A DNA stretch of 64,000 bases from Tubiluchus corallicola (lineage: Eukaryota > Animalia > Priapulida): positions 558,001-622,000 of the forward strand of contig JAQGDQ010000038.1 in NCBI GenBank assembly GCA_030141605.1. The letters are read 5' to 3'. The notes beneath the pieces were generated by a model that saw only the letters and a program-made list of their open reading frames with translations, was not told the origin of the DNA and searched no databases. The position numbers and the translations under genes were made by a program. This document shows, piece after piece, positions 56,338-64,000 of this stretch; position 1 is the first letter of the stretch; each line of letters starts with the position of its first letter.

Positions 56338-59300
56338 CCCCGCCTCAATGAGGTAAATTCTCATGGACAGTAACCCATGGATGTGAAACTGCTCAGAACG
56401 AGCTTTTGATTGCGACGGTTGCCCAATTTACTGACAAGGCTCTACGTTCCTTAAATTGGATTATCCTAAGCACACAGAATAACCACTCGGCTTTTCGCTT
56501 GCACTTTTAGCAAAACTCCGTTCATGTCACATTGGGAAACCCTATAACTGTCTTTGACAAATCACAGTCTGGAATAGGAATTTCGTAGGAAGGACAGTGA
56601 GATAACTAGCAAAGGTAATCAAATTTCACAAATACCATTTTACAAAGCGAAAACAGAATAAGCAGAGATACAGAGTATTATTCAAAGGAAGGGCCAAGTC
56701 TTATGGGAAGTTTGCTATTTCAATGTTTGCGAATAATGTTATAAGAATATAGTAATAAAAACATGATAAGGGCCTCGTGTAATTAGTCATCATTTCACAC
56801 GTAAGCGCTCCCTGTCTGAGCGCCCATTTTTCCACCAATGACATCGTTCACTAAAAAAAGCAACAAACTGTCAACTACTGTAAAAAATAATACGTTTTTA
56901 GAAAAAAATAGATAACTATTTTGTGATATTTTAGCCTGAACATTAGTTAAGCTGCAGAAAACTGAATTAGTTAGCAGCACGCATTTATGAAAAGCCACGA
57001 AGTCCACCAGTTACGTCATAATTCTCATGTGAATGGCGGCTACCACCGCACTTGAAAATTAAGTTTAATTGATAACAGTAAAATAAACCTAATATGCTAA
57101 GTGACTTGTCCTTTCCTTTAATTTTCTGAAACAAATACTTATTACAGTGATTAGATTCCAGAAATTTTAAAAACAATAATCCACCGAGGATCAGGAAGTT
57201 AGGAAATAAAAATGTTGTGCTGAGCTGATATGAATGTTACTGATTTAAGATCGCTTTGCTATTTAAAGTGCATTTCTCGAAGCTGCTAGGTGGAAGAACA
57301 ACTCATGTAATAATTTTATAGCAGAAACTGGGTCCCAATTATATTTTACCGTTGACCCCAAATATAATGAACATACTAACACATTACATACAAGGTCTAC
57401 ACACCTCAGTGAACACAGTGGACGGAGAAATTACCTTATTTGTGTACATTTTACCTGGAAGGTGGCTATTTCCGATGCCCTATTTTCATAAACTGTTTAA
57501 AAACGACACCGGTAACGCAAAAACATCAGCTTAAAACCAAAGATTTAGGTTATTCAGCTAGAATAATGTATCTAGTTATATAATTAAAACGTTGTAGTAA
57601 TTTTTAGATTATTAACTGGCAGATGGTCTTTAGAGTTTTTTCATAATAAAGACATCAGTATTTTTTAGAACTAAATGCATTGTACAGCTTAAGGCAAATT
57701 ACCTAAATCAGTGAACTGACAGTCACTATTGATTATTTTTACTGCTAAGAAATCCACCCATGCATTTTACACATTTTTGACAACATAGAGCAAACAGCGA
57801 TGATAATAATAACGTTTGTGCCATAATATTTGTAATGTTTTGTTTATCGGGGTGAGCATTATTATTTTATAGGCGTCGCCACTACCACCGTCGTCATAGT
57901 TTTTGTTGTTTATTATTGTTACTTAAGAAGCAGTTGTTGTCATCGGTGCTCTGTTTGTGTGTGTGTGTGTGTGTGTATGTGTGTGTAAAAAACCATCACC
58001 TTTAAATAAATTCACTGTTGCCACAATCTCTCGTCTCTCTATTGTTCGTGTTGTTTGTTATTAGCGTGATTACCGTTGACATTTTCGTTACAGGTATCGT
58101 TGCTGTCGAAAGTACGTAAGACGCATGGATTATTCAGCAACTCTTCGAATACAAGTGTATATCAAATGTTTTTGTTAACACACGTCGCCGGGGACAATTG
58201 CACACTTTGTAATTTCTAAGAAACAAAATAAAGTCAAAATTTTAACTAAACCTACCGTCATTTTAACTTAAGTCCTGCCCAACGCGTCCTAGTTCAACAA
58301 AGCAATTAGAGTAGCAACCAGTCCCCCAGGGATAATGATGTATCCATACTAACAAGCTGCCGTTTCCTGCTACCCTTTGTTAAGGCTGTATAAAGCCTTG
58401 CTAGACAAATTGTTCGTCTGCCATGAAAACGATAGCAAGCAGAAATTATTCTAATGTGTTAGCACCTGCTGTCAACCTGTCATCCGTCGGATTGTACACG
58501 TATATAAAAATATATAAAAAGGATACCCTACTATTTTTTTACTTAATTTATACCCACGTTATCTAATAGCTTCCTTATCTATGCCAAAGCTTATTTGCAA
58601 AATTGTACGCCACACTCAGGGACGCATCGATTCCGAGTAAAATTCCTATCAAATTAAATCCTCGCACTGGACGTTTTAATTCCTACAAATTATTCTTCAT
58701 CTGATAACCCCTAGCTGGCTCGTACAGCCCACGATGAATTCATTAAATATTTATGCACCTAGCACCTGGAACACATGCATAATTCAAGCCAATAACAAAC
58801 ACTGTTCGAGCGCATAAGGGGTCAAATTTCTTACTTATTAATAATTCTTCTAAATGAAAAACTGGATAGGTATGTGCCTGGATAGGTTTGCTCCTGACTG
58901 ACACGCTGGTAGAGTTAAATTTTTATCCGTATCTTTCTTCAGTTCAAATTATTTATTAAATTTGTTGAAATAACTAGAGCTAATATTTCCAATATGAGGC
59001 ATATTATGACCAGGATGGGGCCTCAAAATCTAAGTTTCATACCGCGTTTATTTTTCGATTCGACAATAAAAAGCCAGTACATGTAATTATGGAGCGCTGG
59101 CCCTACCGGAATTACTATACAAGATTTCTGAAGCCATATGAGTATTGCAACAATGATTTAAGGCTACACTTGTAGCCGGCTGAATCATGCTAAGCACAAA
59201 AAAAGCACGAGAATTCAATGTCGCTCACAAAAGACGTATATGATTCATGACATGCCGCTTTTCACAGACTAGCTTATTATTGTAGTCGAGTACCAGTCAG

Positions 59301-62300
59301 CTTCAAATAATGACGAACGTATCCATAGCTTTTGCGAACCGTACGTTATTACGAACTCGATTCAGAAATACTAGTATCAAAACTGGAGGAGGTGCCCATT
59401 TAGATCGTGGTGGCAGGGTATCTTTAGAAGTTTTTGCCATTCCGAGGGAATGAATTACCAGCAAGTGACTCCGTACAAACTGTACTCTACTACATCAGAC
59501 TCCAATGATTTACGTTGTTCAGGAAAACAGCATAGCAACACGGGTGAATTATTAGCTGTGTATGTGTGTATATTTGTGCGAATGCTGGGCATGAGTGGAA
59601 CGCATTGTATTCACCCCCACACACAAAGTATCAACTATACTAGCATAGGTCAATAAACACCTGTTACCTGTTCCAACTGAGAGTGCTTGAACATAATCTT
59701 CCAGAGTAGCAGTTAATCTTCTATTACCTCAAACTGACGAGATGTGTGTGGTGTTCCTTAAAATTTTAGAACTTGGGTCAATATGACGATCAAATGTTCG
59801 CTGAGTAGTTCGTAAGTTGAATGAGATCACGTGATTTAGTTTCTGATGTAGATCAGTCTTCATAAGAATTTTACCATCGGTCCTGTATCTTTAATCACTT
59901 CCACAAATCGCTAGGTCCCCTCCCTGTTTTTCTCCGGGGAGAGTTTCTCAGTTTGTTCAACGTTTGCCTAGTTTCTTAATTCTGTTGGGCATATTATAAA
60001 AATATTTCACATAAAACACTTATGGCGTGGTAGCCAGATTAGTGTTTTTGATTTTTGCATGAACATGCAGACCGAACAAAATCGATTAGAAAAAAAATAT
60101 GTACTGCACGTGAGTTAAACCCTCTAACCACCCCAAAACATTGGTACTGTAATTCAAAACTAGGCTACAAGATAAGACAATAATTATTGACCTTAGTTCT
60201 CACCTCCCTATATATTCGCACTTATGAAGAACAGTTTGTACAGCCTTAGCTTTTGCTAACAATTTAGCGTCACTAGCGCGTACACTTTTTCTACAAATCC
60301 ATTAGTTTTGTTTTTTAGTACTATTACATTCAGTCTGTGCTTGTCGGCAACAAATAGGCGAGATAATTTTTGCTAGAATACTCTGGTTTTCAGTTTTTAC
60401 TGCTGCTAAATGCTAATAAACGGATGCATGCCGATACACTGCCAAGTCTGATGTGTACTTTTTGACAACGCGTGATCAAACGAAACTTGACCAAAAACAA
60501 GGAAAAATCGAAACGCAACTGGAATTTCTGCCGCTGGGTTCTTTTGGATTGCAACTCCAAAGCTATGGTCGCTAGACATAATTACACACTTAGGAAATTT
60601 TCAATAAATCCAACATTTACAGATGTTACTTAAGCTACAGCAATTCCCGAATAATTAGGTTAAGTTTCGCAATAATTTAAATTTGAGCAAATCAAAGACT
60701 AGAACAATCCACGCGTAATTAATTAATTATTCATAATCTTGTTTTCATGACTCTGGGGTAATATGATGCAGTGGACCAATATTAAACTAACACTTGGAAT
60801 TGTTGGATTGGCTGATTTAATGATTAACTAGGAATGAGTAAGCTTCTGCTTTGAGATTGCAAAGAATGAATGTGGTTGAATTGTTATGACATTGAACTTG
60901 TCATCTGCAGCACAAATATACATGATTCTATACCATTATCTAACCTATGTTCCCTTTGGTCGAGTTTTGTTTAGAAAATTAATTTTCGAATTTGTTTTGC
61001 TATATATAATCTTTACCACCATTTCTGGACAAACAAACCTATATGACCCTAATCAGATGGCTTTGGTATCTTTCTTCCTACAGTGCGTCGTGGTACTGTA
61101 GATTGCGGACAAGTTAATTTAATTAGACTGCATACCGGTTACTCAGGATATCCACGCGGTTGAATCAGTAATTTAATGAGTACGTATTATTAATGTACAC
61201 TGTACATTGAAATAACCTATCTTAATAAAATTGTTGCAACAGATGTCAAAAATTGTCTGTTTGCAAAATTCTAAATTGTTTTCCAGGCGTAACGCGCCAC
61301 AGTGAATTGGGGGGGTAAATTTACAGGCCTATTCGATCTTCGCATATAATTTTAATTAAGACAAGTTTCAGCCTTGTGTGAACTGAGAGGCGTTTGTCAT
61401 GCAAAAACTAACGATGTGATAAAAGCTTCTTTACACGTTAAACACAGTTACAAACACCAGAGTGACAGGTAGGCTAAGCAGCTGGAAATAGAGTCAACAG
61501 CTGATCATTATCAAGTTTTCACAGGTGTTCGTCACTGATACCTGAGCAATCAAGGGATGCAAACGAAGCAGCGGTGTCATTTTAGAAGGTTAGCAAATTG
61601 TCTTTACGCAAAATAGCTTTCTGAAGTTTTAAACTGCGAATTATTAGCTGAATCTGGAAGTCAAAATAATGAAAATTAGTAGAATATTGGAAACACACAG
61701 AAAATCTAAATCTAGCAGCTGTCCCATAAAGCATAAGGGAACCGTTCGATGAGTTCAACAATGCGTTATAATTTACAAAGCAGATTAATTTTGCTACAGG
61801 AGCAAATCTGAATATGACGGCCCAGCGGTGTAAGTGGTATAATTATATTTATTGAACTGTTATATGCGGTTGACAAACGAGTTTTAGCTGCGGTGTCAAT
61901 GTTTTTACAGACATGCAATAAAACGCAGAGCTTTGGCCGTACAGTAATCATCCTGCTATGTTTTAATCATTGCTTTGAAAAACACACATTAACCGACATT
62001 AAGAGAAGATAATTTCGTAAATCATTTCCGGTGGTGGGCCTCAGTCACATGAAGAGAGGTAAAAGATAAGTAAAAAACGAAAAAATGAATCTTTATTTGG
62101 AGGAGATAAGGCGCGGTATTACCTTTGGCTGTGTTTAAACGATAAGCACTTGTGTTTCCTAAAATTTGTTCAAGAGCGTCGATCTATTATCGACCTCGTG
62201 ACGCAACTTCAGTCACGTCGTTTTACCCAGGGCAGGTGGATGCCAGTACCACCACACAAATAGTGAATGTGCCCCTTTGGCAAAACACTTTGGTAACTTT

Positions 62301-64000
62301 GCGCGGATGTATAATTCACGCCATTTATAATGTACAACAATAGCTACAATTATTATTACAACCCATCAGCGTTACTAGCCTATTCTTTAATGTGTTCTAA
62401 TTACCTTCGCCTGGAATCTGCTACTGCTTTATCCTACCAGGACCGTTAGCGATTCAGTGCGTGTTCTGTAAAAATTCGTGATTTCAACTAATTTCGGTTC
62501 AGCGGGGAAAATGAGTGCTATGTACCAAACATTATATTAAGCTAGGTCAAACGCTGCCATTAAATAATCGACCGTTTACTGTTTCTTGACTGACAAACGA
62601 TTATTCCTTCCTGGTTTGTATTACAGGCGGTTTTAGGGCTGTAACTCTTTGCTATAATTCTAAAAAGTGTGTCAAACATAATACCTGGGGCTTGCCTTGA
62701 CTAACCACCTCTATCTGTCTATAATAGAATACTAGACAAGCATAGCCCACAAATACGTAGACATGTTTAAGGTAAACCAAATCCAACATTCAATAAAAGT
62801 TAAACTAACACAAATCATGAGCCAAAATTGAAAACAACAACCAGGAGCATATAACACTTTTTTGAAGTCTCAAAGTTGAACCAGTCCATACCATCTCGAC
62901 GAGAGTTAATCATCAAGAGATTACACGTCTGTAAGCACTTAATCTGGGCTAAATGTCACTCGAGTGCTGCAAAAGAAACTCTGAAGCAGGTCGTACAAAG
63001 GAAATAAAGTTGTAAAGTCATTGACCCAATGCTACCGCTTTTACGGACGTCAAACAAATTATTAGTGAAAATCTCTTTGTCTTACCGGAGTTACTCCGGA
63101 TGGCTAGAGCTAAAAAGGCAACAAGTGGATTGTTTCGTAATTAGAAAAACTAGCAGCTGTTGGTACAGAACTGGTTCGAAAGTTAAGCTGCTCAGCGCAG
63201 TTTCGCTTTTGTGAATTATAGATTTGTTATTATTACCTAGGATGAACAAAACGCGATGCTAAAATACTAAACGGGGAGAAGGCCTACATCGGTTTAATTT
63301 TTTTATCACATTACCATGTAGAAAAAAAATCATTTCGACAAGCAATGTGCCAAAAACTGATAAAAAATCAGTGTTATATAGGATGGAGATTATAATATAT
63401 ATGCAGATACATATTTCAAGTAAGTCTAGTCAAATAAAAGTCCAGTAAAAGTGTAAATACTCCCTAAAATGCATGTAAATCAGTTTCCAGACCGCTTCAA
63501 TTCCTTCAAACACGCAGGTTGAATGCCGCTTTAAGAAAGTTCAAGGATCTTCTAGTTGATGGCGTGGTTAATAAAAACGGTATATTTAATCTTGTAGGCC
63601 AACAAATAGCGATTATTCAGTAATTTAAAACTCACCTTGTTTAGTTGATACCCTTCTTCCATTGTGTGCCACAAAGCTGGCTTGGGGATGGGATTCCTCC
63701 ACTGCAAACAGTTCATCCTTGGTAATGCTGGAATTCCTCGATTTCATTTGGCCATCGGCTCCCACAGCAGTCAAGTAGCGTCCAGCGCAGTCCTTCAGTG
63801 CCAGATAACCAGAATAAAACTCAATGCGAAAGCTGGTGTTTTCATCCGGATCGTAGACCAACCTGCCATCTCTGTGAAGGTAGCGGTTGTCACACGTCTT
63901 CACGGCGTATCCGCCATCTCTCATCTCCAATGTAATCAATGAATCTTCACCCCAGGGAATGGAATCGTCCACGTGCAATTCGTCGTCTCGTAGATGGACG
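48411..64000 (-). CDS. FSCN1: Fascin (singed) actin-bundling protein, beta-trefoil repeats; 5' part outside the window
   Basis: Exons on the minus strand: >64000-63636, 50368-50218, 49535-49379, 49030-48883, 48616-48411, all GT-AG and frame-consistent. Translation includes HLRDDELHVDDSIPWGEDSLITLE, ITKDELFAVEESHPQASF, VSTKQGMDLSANQEE, LINRPIMVLRG, LECNKASYD, and the C-terminal LWEF* typical of fascins. Confidence 0.93.
52126..52170. repeat. (TTA)n microsatellite
   Basis: 15 perfect TTA units. Confidence 0.95.
53638..53756. repeat. Nested inverted repeats (multi-hairpin) with (TA)n cores
   Basis: Outer AATTTGATGAA/TTCATCAAATT pair enclosing GGAGTAACG..CGTTACTCC and three smaller palindromes. 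Confidence 0.8.
56286..56337. repeat. Compound (CA)n(TA)n microsatellite
   Basis: acacacacacacac followed by two (AT)n runs. Confidence 0.95.
57956..57986. repeat. (TG)n microsatellite
   Basis: tgtgtgtg...tatgtgtgtgt. Confidence 0.95.

Overview
AT-rich, intron-rich genomic DNA from an animal (most likely an invertebrate), not a prokaryote; the species cannot be determined from the sequence. Splicing exons by hand gives four genes. (1) The 3' part of a trichoplein (TCHP) gene, + strand, 7 exons, 114-7526. (2) A complete ABCA-subfamily lipid transporter most like ABCA3, + strand, 26 coding exons, 11937-34855, 1712 aa. (3) A complete clan-2 (CYP2-like) cytochrome P450, - strand, 6 exons, 43890-38561, 504 aa. 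(4) The 3' part of a fascin/singed gene, - strand, 5 exons, >64000-48411, with a 13.3-kb intron. Introns hold a decayed Tc1/mariner element, several hAT-like MITEs, a 5'-truncated RTE-like LINE, short tandem duplications and microsatellites. Most ORFs in the supplied track are exon read-throughs or spurious. I found no convincing novel multi-gene system. The most notable observations are an inverted MITE pair bracketing the P450 heme-binding exon, an apparently obligatory GC-AG intron with a weak donor, a dense uORF cluster and a Q-loop substitution in ABCA, a sharp CpG-depleted to CpG-retaining transition, and a multi-hairpin palindrome in the fascin intron.
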